A stretch of 64,000 nt of DNA, taken from the IMG/VR virus record IMGVR_UViG_3300028535_000001; one strand, given 5' to 3'. Below the pieces are notes generated by a model. That model did not search any database and was not told the DNA's origin. It saw nothing but the letters and a program-made list of their open reading frames with translations. Source of the stretch: a virus. This document shows, piece by piece, positions 1-8,688 of the stretch; positions within the stretch are counted from its first letter, which is position 1, and the number at the start of each line of letters is the position of its first letter. The translations under genes were made by a program, and so were the position numbers.

Positions 1-702
1 ATCGTCTTCTTCTTTAAATGGATTCACACTTGTTGTTTTCCATTTCATTTTTCTAACCATAAGTTTTGACATAGCACCACTTGAAACAAAAGGTATGTTA
101 TGTTTTTTTAAAATTTCTAAATTTTTATCATTAAATTTATCTAATATATTCATTAACTGTTTTGCTCTAGCAGCTGTAATCTTTCTACCTCTAAATGGTT
201 CGTATTCTTTTTTAAGAACCTTTAACATCATTGGTGTTATTGAATCAGCCACTTCATATAATATATCTTCTAATACTTCTTCTCCTAATATATCTCTAAC
301 AGTTTTAACTGAAAGTTTTAATCTCTTAGCAATCTTCTCAATACTATCACCTTCTTGATTTGCTGTGAATATATCTTTAATTCTACCTTCTTCTATATCT
401 GCTTGTTCATCAATAGCCTCCATAAATTTAATAACTTCTTCGTCTGATTCTTCTTTGAATACTATGTCTTTAAGTATGTTAACTTTAGCAGCTGCAATGG
501 CAACTTTAGTAGGCATATCCATTTTTTTAAGAATAGACTTAACTCCAGGAGTTACATCTTTCATAGTCTTCATAGCCCATGTGTTTTTTAAATTCGCTAT
601 CTGCTTATCAGATAAGACACCCATTAGAGTACTCTCTAATATGTTTGGTACCTCTCCGTAGGCCACAGCCATTGTTTTTCTATATGTACTAAAATCTTTC
701 AT
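1..702 (-). CDS. Hypothetical protein, C-terminally truncated by window edge (MKDFSTYRKTMAVAYGEVPNILES...)
   Basis: Not in the ORF track. ATG at 700-702 lies just after the stop of the 721 ORF. The frame was read open at both ends (...MVRKMKWKTTSVNPFKEEDD at position 1). Confidence 0.75.
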   Translation of the reverse strand, partial: MKDFSTYRKTMAVAYGEVPNILESTLMGVLSDKQIANLKNTWAMKTMKDVTPGVKSILKKMDMPTKVAIAAAKVNILKDIVFKEESDEEVIKFMEAIDEQADIEEGRIKDIFTANQEGDSIEKIAKRLKLSVKTVRDILGEEVLEDILYEVADSITPMMLKVLKKEYEPFRGRKITAARAKQLMNILDKFNDKNLEILKKHNIPFVSSGAMSKLMVRKMKWKTTSVNPFKEEDD

Positions 703-720
703 TTCTCTTTTTAATTGTGT

Positions 721-3039
721 TTATAAATCTTGTATCATCTTCGCTATCGTTTGATCCAACTTGATTTTCCACTCCTCCTTAAATCTCTGTTTATATTTAT
801 CTATTGTATCACTTGAACAAGCCCATTTATTTACATCTTTCTCTGATATTTTGGTATTTTCCAAGCCAGGTTGTGTAGGATAGCCTCTTTTCTTAGCGTC
901 CACAGGCGTTGCCTCTGGTGTTTCACCAGGAGTTACATCTTTTGTATGGTTGGCATAGTCAGCACCTATCTCAAAAGATTCTTTTTCTAATTTCTTAACA
1001 ATATCTTTCTTATATTCTTCAAATTTTTGTTTATATTTCTTTTCAGATACAGCCTCAAAACCATAGTCTACATTTAAATTATGTTCTCTAACTGCAACCT
1101 CTTTATCACTGGCGATTGGTATACAATCCCATATCCAGGCTTTGTGTAAATTGTTTTTATTATCTTCTAGTACAATATAGTTTGTACCTTTTCTCTTAAC
1201 TGTTCCTTGTATATCTTGTTTGGTATAGTCTACCTTTTCTCCGATATTGAATATCATGTCTCTTAAATATAGGTCTCTTATCTGTTGTTGACCAAATTCT
1301 TCCATGCTTAACATTGGTTTTTTGCCACCACCTAAATGAATATTAACTGAACTTTCTGGAATAGCACCTAGTCTCATACCTTTTCTAACATCTTTCATTA
1401 AATGGCTTGCGTCCACACCATTAGGTAACCCTCTTTTAAATCCTTCTAAATCTCCCTTAACAGCCGCCGCTCTCATTTTACTTGCACTCATACCTGAAGC
1501 TCCGTCTGCGTCTGGATCCCTTTCACCAGCTGACAACACATTAATGTTATCAAAGTTATAATAACCATGTCTTGATCTCACATCGTTATACTTGTTTAGT
1601 ATAGTTTCAAATTCTCTTACTCTATCACTACCTACTACCATAAAAATTTCTGTATAACCTTTGTTATGTAGATTAGTAGCAATATCTAATATCATATTTG
1701 TTTTATTAATTTCTATATTTCTTGCATGAGCAGGAAACATCTTTTTCATATATGATAATTTCTGACTAGCAGATAATGGATTCTTTTTACTGTCTTCACT
1801 TCTACTTAAATAAATTTTATGGTCGTTTGCTCTTACTGATTTAACTTTTCTAATAAGTTTTTCATGGCCAATAGTTGGTGGATTAAATCTACCAAAAGTA
1901 AATGCCATTGATTTTCTTCTTCTAACTGCCTCATGTACGGACTCTGGTAAGCCAGCGTCTCTAACTGCTTTACCAAATTCATTATAATCTATACCAGCAT
2001 GTTGAGCCGCCTTGTTCTTGGCGTCTTTCATACCTTGTCTTAAATATTTAAGATATAAATCTACACCTGCTTTCATTCTTGGTGCTTTGATTGTTCTTCT
2101 CATTAAATCATTCCAAGCACTAGCAACAGATTCTAAATTCATTTCATCTATTTGTTCTTTTGTTAAAGATTTTATTTCATCATCGGTAACTTTACCATCT
2201 TCTAAAACTTCTTTACACTTCTTATAAAATTTTAAGTAATGGTATTTTTCCAACATCTTATAGATAACTGCTTTAGGTAATCTATTTTTAATACCATATT
2301 TTCTTATTTGATCTGGTGTCATGTCACTATTAAATGCTGATCTTCTTTCTGCGTCAACACCATCACCTACTTTTACAATCTGTTCAATACTATCTTCTAT
2401 TTCTTCTAATTTCTCATTAATTTTTTCTTGTAGATTTAAAATATCATCTGGTTTTAATTCAATTAATTCATGGTAATCTATTATATCTCTCTTTAATTCA
2501 CCTTTAACTACATCTATTTCTTGTACTTTTCTTTCAAATTCTTTTACATATAAGTTTGTATCAAAAGAAAAATCTTCTGGTCTTTTAACAAACTCATCGT
2601 TTTCTATATCAAACACTGCGTCTGCTTTTTTATTTTGATCGTCATATGTTGTTTGATCTGTAATAAAATAATAATTGATTGGGTGTTTTGTGCCTGGTAT
2701 TAATTTACCTTGTATGTTATCAGGATTACTTGCTGACAAATACTTTTTAGATAGTGTTAATCTTTGTTCTTCTTGGTCTTTTTTTGGTACATCAAACAAT
2801 ATATTGATGTCTAGATCAGCGTCATTTCTATATCGCTTAGTTAGAATTGATCCTATTAATGCTATCTTAATCACAGGATATTCCTCAAATTTTTTAATCT
2901 GATCTTGTATTTGTTTCTTGACACTAGGTTTCATTTTAGGGTCTTTAGTATCGGCCTTATCAAATACACCTGGCGCATATGTTCTACGAGGTATATCTAT
3001 GATACTTTCTTGTATTGTAAATTCTTTAAAATTCTTCAT
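721..3039 (-). CDS. Multidomain protein: N-terminal Pol-beta-family nucleotidyltransferase fused to an HxGH cytidylyltransferase/NMNAT-like domain
   Basis: GSILT...DADLDINI is a GS..DxD motif. FTFGRFNPPTIGHEKL, VVGSDR and SASKMR fit the HxGH NTase superfamily. Start moved to MKNFKEF (3039) because it forms an ATGA overlap with the upstream stop. Confidence 0.75.
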   Translation of the reverse strand: MKNFKEFTIQESIIDIPRRTYAPGVFDKADTKDPKMKPSVKKQIQDQIKKFEEYPVIKIALIGSILTKRYRNDADLDINILFDVPKKDQEEQRLTLSKKYLSASNPDNIQGKLIPGTKHPINYYFITDQTTYDDQNKKADAVFDIENDEFVKRPEDFSFDTNLYVKEFERKVQEIDVVKGELKRDIIDYHELIELKPDDILNLQEKINEKLEEIEDSIEQIVKVGDGVDAERRSAFNSDMTPDQIRKYGIKNRLPKAVIYKMLEKYHYLKFYKKCKEVLEDGKVTDDEIKSLTKEQIDEMNLESVASAWNDLMRRTIKAPRMKAGVDLYLKYLRQGMKDAKNKAAQHAGIDYNEFGKAVRDAGLPESVHEAVRRRKSMAFTFGRFNPPTIGHEKLIRKVKSVRANDHKIYLSRSEDSKKNPLSASQKLSYMKKMFPAHARNIEINKTNMILDIATNLHNKGYTEIFMVVGSDRVREFETILNKYNDVRSRHGYYNFDNINVLSAGERDPDADGASGMSASKMRAAAVKGDLEGFKRGLPNGVDASHLMKDVRKGMRLGAIPESSVNIHLGGGKKPMLSMEEFGQQQIRDLYLRDMIFNIGEKVDYTKQDIQGTVKRKGTNYIVLEDNKNNLHKAWIWDCIPIASDKEVAVREHNLNVDYGFEAVSEKKYKQKFEEYKKDIVKKLEKESFEIGADYANHTKDVTPGETPEATPVDAKKRGYPTQPGLENTKISEKDVNKWACSSDTIDKYKQRFKEEWKIKLDQTIAKMIQDL

Positions 3040-3728
3040 ACTCTTTTCTTTGCTTGTAATTCTTTTGCTATCCACTGTTTGGCTAGATAGTTATTTGGTG
3101 TTTTATTAATATATCTTCTAATATATTTTGAAGCTGTTGCAATTGTATTGGTTACTAATTCTTTTTCAGACCTATTATTATCCACAATTAACAAGTTTTG
3201 TGGTCTGAATATACTTTGAAAAGAACCAATGTTAGATTGTACTTTTATCCAACTATTCTTTACAATGTATTCAGGTATTGATCTAGGTCTATTCTTGTTT
3301 CTTTCTACTGCAACCTCTAAACTTGTGTTTACAAAAATCATATAACAATCATAACCAAGTGCTGTTAACATTGAATGTTGTCTAGAGATTATAGATTTAT
3401 CACGACCAGTTGCGTCAATAACAAGACCTAATCTTCCTTTTACATAGGTATCTAATTGAGTATTCGCTGTAAGTTTTGCTCTGTCTCGTACTATATTTCT
3501 AAAGTATTCTTCCTGATCTGGCATTTTCAAAGATAGATTTGCCTTCAACAATCCTCTTTCAAAGATAGTATCCGAGTTTACTATTTTTAATCCTATGCCA
3601 GCAAAAGCGGCTTGTGTAACAAATGATTTACCTGAACCAGGTCCACCTGCTAAGAAGAAAGCTTTAAAAATGCCTCTGTCATAAACACCTTCATTTAAAA
3701 AGCTTTGTACTTCTTTTAAGTTTTTCAT
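3036..3728 (-). CDS. P-loop kinase (zeta-toxin/AAA_33-like)
   Basis: FLAGGPGSGKS Walker A, VNSD, LVIDATG, AVERNKNRPR lid motif. Confidence 0.7.
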   Translation of the reverse strand: MKNLKEVQSFLNEGVYDRGIFKAFFLAGGPGSGKSFVTQAAFAGIGLKIVNSDTIFERGLLKANLSLKMPDQEEYFRNIVRDRAKLTANTQLDTYVKGRLGLVIDATGRDKSIISRQHSMLTALGYDCYMIFVNTSLEVAVERNKNRPRSIPEYIVKNSWIKVQSNIGSFQSIFRPQNLLIVDNNRSEKELVTNTIATASKYIRRYINKTPNNYLAKQWIAKELQAKKRV

Positions 3729-4375
3729 TACTCTCCCGCTTTTGTATACTTCTTATATTTTTTTGTTGTTTTTTTATCCACCACTCCAGCTTGACTTTGC
3801 TCTACCATTATTTCGTTCATGTCTTTAGCATAGTCTCTTATAGCATTAACAACTGCGAAAAGACCGTCTCGTCTTTTTGGAGTTAATACATCTATGAAAC
3901 CTATTCCAGCAATTTGATTGTCGTCCACTTCCAAAATTTCTTTTGGTGGGTGTCCTGATAAAATTGATTGAAGTATATACATTGCTCCTCTTGCCTCGTG
4001 AGAATCAGCGTCTACTTCAAATTCCATGTTTTCACCTTTAAGCTGTGGTAATAACCATACTTGGCTTACACAACCATATATTCTATAACCGTTTATTCTT
4101 TTATCGTCATCAAGTTTAACTATGCCACGTCCTTGTTCTAGCATATAGTAAAACTTTTCTTTGTCATCCAATTGAGAAAAATTATGGCTCCATGTACCAA
4201 GCTTTTCCTGGATTGACATACCAGCCATTTGACTGTCGCCAAATACAGGCGTCTTCTCTGTTTCCATCATTTCTTTCTCCTCTTGTTCTGCAACTTTTAT
4301 TTCAGCATCCATATTTTTTTTAGCTGACTTTGCAATTGCTTTGGATAGTTTTTTCATACCACCTTTTATATACAT
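3728..4375 (-). CDS. sufE: SufE/CsdE-family Fe-S sulfur-acceptor protein with N-terminal extension
   Basis: IYGCVSQVWL (conserved Cys), DADS...RG, LTPKRRDGL, all typical of SufE. Confidence 0.85.
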   Translation of the reverse strand: MYIKGGMKKLSKAIAKSAKKNMDAEIKVAEQEEKEMMETEKTPVFGDSQMAGMSIQEKLGTWSHNFSQLDDKEKFYYMLEQGRGIVKLDDDKRINGYRIYGCVSQVWLLPQLKGENMEFEVDADSHEARGAMYILQSILSGHPPKEILEVDDNQIAGIGFIDVLTPKRRDGLFAVVNAIRDYAKDMNEIMVEQSQAGVVDKKTTKKYKKYTKAGE

Positions 4376-4384
4376 TATATCTCC

Positions 4385-4621
4385 TTAATTTGTTTCTTCT
4401 TGTCTAATGTCTGTATTAGTTTCATCAACTTCAGGTGCTTGTGGTCCAAATGCACCACTTCCAGCATTAAGTAATTGATTAATCATATCAATCGCTACAT
4501 CTTTATTATCATTAGCAATATTTTCTTTCACCGCCTCTAATACATCAACTGTTGTACTTAAACCATTAATTGTATTATCTTCTTCTGGTGTTGGAAATTT
4601 TATTCCATTTTTATCAACCAT
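4385..4621 (-). CDS. Hypothetical acidic protein
   Basis: ORF in operon context with an AGGAG SD. Confidence 0.7.
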   Translation of the reverse strand: MVDKNGIKFPTPEEDNTINGLSTTVDVLEAVKENIANDNKDVAIDMINQLLNAGSGAFGPQAPEVDETNTDIRQEETN

Positions 4622-4637
4622 TTTATTCTCCTTTTCA

Positions 4638-5222
4638 TTATTTGTTTTTAACCTTATTTATTATCTTCTTAGCTATACTCTCTGGCGTATCACCTTCTGC
4701 TTTAATAGATACGAAACCAGGTTTATCTCTGTAGTAGTCAACCACAGGACCTGTTTCTTTTTTATATAAAGCAATTCTGTCTTTAATAACATCAGGTTTA
4801 TCATCAACTCTACCTCTAGCAGTTAGTCTTTTGATAACTTCTTCCTGACTTACATCTAAAAATACCACATTATCTATATCAATACCTTTCTTTTCCATGT
4901 CTCTAACTTGTTGCATATATCTTGGAAAGCCATCAAATACAAAACCATCTGCTTTGTCAACGGCGTCAAATACAAGTTTTAAAACTATATCATTTGGAGC
5001 AAAGTGACCTTTACCTAAATTAGATAATCTTTTGGCCATTTCACCACCTTTTTCTTTCTCTTTTCTCAATAGTTCACCTGGGTATATGTGTGGTATATTA
5101 AATTCATTTGATATAAATTTTGCATATGTAGATTTACCACTGCCTGGACCACCAATTAAAATAATTTTTGGTTGTCTAGCTTCTTCTAAAAATTTGTTTA
5201 TGTACTCTATAAATGATTTCAT
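4638..5222 (-). CDS. adk: Adenylate kinase (short-lid type)
   Basis: GGPGSGKST, GELLR, FDGFPR, RGRVDD...RIALY motifs. Confidence 0.9.
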   Translation of the reverse strand: MKSFIEYINKFLEEARQPKIILIGGPGSGKSTYAKFISNEFNIPHIYPGELLRKEKEKGGEMAKRLSNLGKGHFAPNDIVLKLVFDAVDKADGFVFDGFPRYMQQVRDMEKKGIDIDNVVFLDVSQEEVIKRLTARGRVDDKPDVIKDRIALYKKETGPVVDYYRDKPGFVSIKAEGDTPESIAKKIINKVKNK

Positions 5223-5356
5223 TTTCTTTTTCTCATCATTCTCTTTTTTTTAAGAAGAAAATAAGCATATGCTTTATTACTTTTCTTTTTTCTTTTCTTT
5301 TCTTTTTCTATTGGTGCTGAATTAAATTCATACGTAGCACTGTAAATATTATTCAT
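5219..5356 (-). CDS. 45-aa very basic protein (MNNIYSATYEFNSAPIEKEKKRKKKSNKAYAYFLLKKKRMMRKRK)
   Basis: Translated by hand. TAATG overlap with the upstream gene and ATGA overlap with adk indicate translational coupling. Confidence 0.65.
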   Translation of the reverse strand: MNNIYSATYEFNSAPIEKEKKRKKKSNKAYAYFLLKKKRMMRKRK

Positions 5357-6576
5357 TATCCCTTTACCCAATCCTTACTAATCGTGAAGTTGGCTCTACT
5401 AAATTCTAGTCTATCTACAAGTTTAACTGCACCTGCTGATCTATCTACTGCAACATAACCCTCTGGATTGGTTACTCTAAAACCATTTGATGTTCTAATA
5501 AAATGACCTATACTTTGTATTTGTGATAACTTTGATATTAAAAAGTTCTTTGCATTACCTAAACTTACGTGAGAAGCTATAGCAAAATACAATGCTGATT
5601 CATTTCTATCAATCCATTTTAAATTAGTATCTAATATATCTCTATATTTTTGTTTACCTTTTTCGGTTTTTCTAGTTGCTATTTCTTCTTTTAAAATATT
5701 TCCATAATAGTCTCTGAACATTTTTTGGAGTTGTTTAATCTTACCCATATGTCCTTGTGTGTTTCTAATATAATGATTAAAGAAAGCCTTCAATCTAAAA
5801 CCTACTGATAACGAATCACTTGATCTTGACATTTCATTTAATATAGATGAAGCTTTACCTAAAGAACCTTCAGCCATTCTAATTAGTCCATCAAATCTAG
5901 ATAGTTCTCCTTTAGTAAACGTTGATGATCCAGATGTATCGGTATATCCAGCACTTGCTAACCACACTGCTGAAGAACCTGATCTACCTGTTATTGTTCC
6001 AAAACCAGCACTTAAACTTTTCATATCTTTACCATGATAAGTTGTATGAAATACAATTCCCATTCTTGCTCTTCTAATTTTTCTACCAATACTGCTACTT
6101 GCCTGTACTGCATATGTGATTGTATTTGGTGTGAAAGTTATCATGGGTTCGCCATCTATAACTTGTTGTTTTGTATCGTTTGTAAAGAGTAAATCTCCTT
6201 GGTAGATACCTCTTATTCTTAATTTTTTTAATTCTCTTAAGCAGACGTTTAATTTATCTGCAACAGGACCACTATGATTACTCATAATATCTCCCGATGT
6301 ATAATTGATTTTTGGCTTGACGTTGAATACTGATTTAGTACCAACAAAGAATTTACCGTTTTCTGGATTTATACCACATATAATAGCAGGAGCTCCGTCC
6401 CACTTGACAGACATATTTACTTTAGCTCCAGAAGACCCTACTAACATGTTTCTAACTGACTTTAGAAACCTTATAGCATTATCTCCACCTTTGGAACCTC
6501 TATTGATTATGTCATCTTCTAGATGTTCTAAATGTGTATTCTTTTCCTTTGTTATGAAACCTTTAAAATTAAACAT
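5356..6576 (-). CDS. Conserved marine T4-like phage protein (DUF6267-like) with ATP-dependent ligase-type motifs
   Basis: KNTHLEHLED start, VKWDGAP (KxDG), YQGDL, EGYV, VKLV, in the order of covalent nucleotidyltransferase motifs I/III/IV/V. Confidence 0.6.
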   Translation of the reverse strand: MFNFKGFITKEKNTHLEHLEDDIINRGSKGGDNAIRFLKSVRNMLVGSSGAKVNMSVKWDGAPAIICGINPENGKFFVGTKSVFNVKPKINYTSGDIMSNHSGPVADKLNVCLRELKKLRIRGIYQGDLLFTNDTKQQVIDGEPMITFTPNTITYAVQASSSIGRKIRRARMGIVFHTTYHGKDMKSLSAGFGTITGRSGSSAVWLASAGYTDTSGSSTFTKGELSRFDGLIRMAEGSLGKASSILNEMSRSSDSLSVGFRLKAFFNHYIRNTQGHMGKIKQLQKMFRDYYGNILKEEIATRKTEKGKQKYRDILDTNLKWIDRNESALYFAIASHVSLGNAKNFLISKLSQIQSIGHFIRTSNGFRVTNPEGYVAVDRSAGAVKLVDRLEFSRANFTISKDWVKG

Positions 6577-6635
6577 TTGTCCTTCATTCTTTCCATAAAT
6601 TAATTCACTTTCTCATATCTTAAATCATTTGCTTA

Positions 6636-6643
6636 TATTTATA
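6636..6643 (-). promoter_or_regulatory. T4-type late promoter TATAAATA
   Basis: Exact TATAAATA on the minus strand, intergenic, upstream of the 406-aa gene; gp55 is encoded in the window. Confidence 0.7.
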
Positions 6644-8065
6644 CTAGTACAACTTGCCAAATGGACCAAATTGTTGCCCTCGTTTCTCTGCCAAAAACAC
6701 CATGTCCGTCAGCATTTTATTTCTTTTTGCTGTAGGTATAGCGTATATAACATATAAGAAATCTAACTCCATTAATTTAGTATGAGATACACCGTTCCTT
6801 AAATCTGGAGAGTTATACGACTTCAACATATTACCAATAAATGCTGACGCTGGTATACCTGTATCTGTATGTCTATTGACTACATCAAATCTTGTCTTAT
6901 ATATATTTTTTACTTTGTCAAATTCTGCTAATGATTTAGGATATAGATTATGATTATTCACAAAGAATAATTTTTTATTATTTCCTATACCATACTCTGC
7001 CATTAATTTTGCTAATAAATCTACTGGTACTTTACCTATACGAGCTGCACCAGCACCTTTAAATTTACCATCAAATTTTAAATTCTGATTAAATCCTTTT
7101 CCGTTTTGTCTAATTTGAAACTCGCAAACATCGTTAGATGATTTAATATCTATTCTCATATCAGCTGATGATAATGTTTTGTCTGACTTGTTTGTCATTT
7201 TCATAGCTGATCTAGTTAACCTCATCACAAACTTACTGTCTTTCATTAATGCGTTTTTAGTATTTACTTCTTCAAATCTTGCCTCTTTACTGGTAACTTT
7301 CTTTAATGATATACCTGCTACTTTATGTTTTGAATATAATATCTTCATCACGTCATTTAGTTTAGAAATAGATACTGACTTTCCTTCCATAGCTTTGTTT
7401 ATAGTTCGTTTAACAGTACTCTCATTGTTTATTAACCAAATATCGGCAGGATTCCAACTATCTTTTTTTGAAATCTTAAACTTATCTCTTATTAAGTTAG
7501 AGATATAATCCATAAAACCACCGTCTCTATTATATTCTGTGAAGTTTTTACCTCTAAAAATTTCTAACATCTTTTTTTGTTGTGCATAAAAACTATCTAA
7601 CCAACCATCTTCCATAACATCTGGATATATCGCCACTAGTTCTTTATATTTCTTGTCTTTAGATATATCTTCAGCACTTGTATATCTAATCTTATCTTTT
7701 AATGATCTTTTAATAATCCAAAGTGAGGCTCTTTCTTGTTTCTGTACAACTTGTGCGTCTAATTGTTTTACAGATTTTTTACCTGTCTCAATAAATCTTA
7801 TCTTATAATCTTGTACGATAAAGTCAGCAGATAGTTTGGCACCTGATTTAACAGTAGCTGTATATTTTTTCTTTAATGTAGGTAGTACTTTTTTTAGATT
7901 GTCTGGAGATACTTTAACTGTATATACTCTAGACTTTGTGACAGGAGAATCATCGCCATAGTAGGCGCCCTCTACCATTAACTTTAATAAAGATATAAAC
8001 TCACCTTTAATATTTGATGGTACGTGTTGTTCTAATGTTGAAACCGTTGCTAAATTGTACGCCAT
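6644..8065 (-). CDS. Hypothetical protein, putative PD-(D/E)xK-like nuclease
   Basis: QE...WNPADIW...GISLKK pattern resembles the restriction-endonuclease-like fold; the protein is basic. Confidence 0.45.
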   Translation of the reverse strand: MAYNLATVSTLEQHVPSNIKGEFISLLKLMVEGAYYGDDSPVTKSRVYTVKVSPDNLKKVLPTLKKKYTATVKSGAKLSADFIVQDYKIRFIETGKKSVKQLDAQVVQKQERASLWIIKRSLKDKIRYTSAEDISKDKKYKELVAIYPDVMEDGWLDSFYAQQKKMLEIFRGKNFTEYNRDGGFMDYISNLIRDKFKISKKDSWNPADIWLINNESTVKRTINKAMEGKSVSISKLNDVMKILYSKHKVAGISLKKVTSKEARFEEVNTKNALMKDSKFVMRLTRSAMKMTNKSDKTLSSADMRIDIKSSNDVCEFQIRQNGKGFNQNLKFDGKFKGAGAARIGKVPVDLLAKLMAEYGIGNNKKLFFVNNHNLYPKSLAEFDKVKNIYKTRFDVVNRHTDTGIPASAFIGNMLKSYNSPDLRNGVSHTKLMELDFLYVIYAIPTAKRNKMLTDMVFLAEKRGQQFGPFGKLY

Positions 8066-8068
8066 AAT

Positions 8069-8097
8069 TCTTTCTTATACCATATTTATAAGAAAGA
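8069..8097 (-). promoter_or_regulatory. Late promoter (8083-8090) embedded in an 11-bp hairpin covering the translation-initiation region
   Basis: TCTTTCTTATA-7nt-TATAAGAAAGA perfect inverted repeat ending 3 nt before the ATG at 8065. Confidence 0.7.
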
Positions 8098-8105
8098 GGC
8101 AAGAG

Positions 8106-8366
8106 TTAATGCTCGTTAATCCAGAACATTTTAGGGATACCGCCGTTCTTTTCCCATACTTTATTTTTGTTTTGAAACTTAACTAATTTATCTGCGTCTT
8201 CCTCAAAAAAGTAAGTTGCAACTATACTATTGGTAGGTTTTTCTTTAACTTGCCATAGTATTTTCCGACCTTTTTTAATCATACCTTTAGTATATGATAA
8301 TTTAGGATAATCTTTTCTTGGTCGTCTATCGCTTTTACTAAATCTTACTTTTTGTATTTTTGGCAT
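8106..8366 (-). CDS. Hypothetical basic protein
   Basis: ORF track; operon context. Confidence 0.7.
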   Translation of the reverse strand: MPKIQKVRFSKSDRRPRKDYPKLSYTKGMIKKGRKILWQVKEKPTNSIVATYFFEEDADKLVKFQNKNKVWEKNGGIPKMFWINEH

Positions 8367-8368
8367 AA

Positions 8369-8491
8369 TTATTTAATAAAGAAATGATAAATTAATAATC
8401 CTATTATTAGACCTTCAATCCAGGCACCTAGGCAAAACCATACTGGATACTTTCGTATTAGATTTATTTTCCAATTCCAATATTTTTTCAT
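8369..8491 (-). CDS. 40-aa membrane micro-protein (MKKYWNWKINLIRKYPVWFCLGAWIEGLIIGLLIYHFFIK)
   Basis: Hand-translated; AGGAG SD; fills the intergenic gap; one hydrophobic helix. Confidence 0.65.
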   Translation of the reverse strand: MKKYWNWKINLIRKYPVWFCLGAWIEGLIIGLLIYHFFIK

Positions 8492-8505
8492 TTATATATC
8501 TCCTT

Positions 8506-8688
8506 TTATTGTGACCATTTAAATGTTTGTGTAATAGTAAAATTCTCTGAATTATAATCACCATTCACACTATCACCATCTTGACCAGTATTACCATATT
8601 TTAATGTAGTAGTATCTGGTTTAAATGTTTGATTTGAACATCCAGCCAATCCAATTATTAATAATAAACTAAATATAATTGTTCGCAT
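8506..8688 (-). CDS. Small lipoprotein
   Basis: Signal peptide with lipobox LAG|C. Confidence 0.7.
   Translation of the reverse strand: MRTIIFSLLLIIGLAGCSNQTFKPDTTTLKYGNTGQDGDSVNGDYNSENFTITQTFKWSQ

Noticed and set aside
3036-3728. Zeta toxin-antitoxin module
   Set aside because: Only the kinase fold is supported; no recognisable epsilon antitoxin is present and the context is an enzyme operon.
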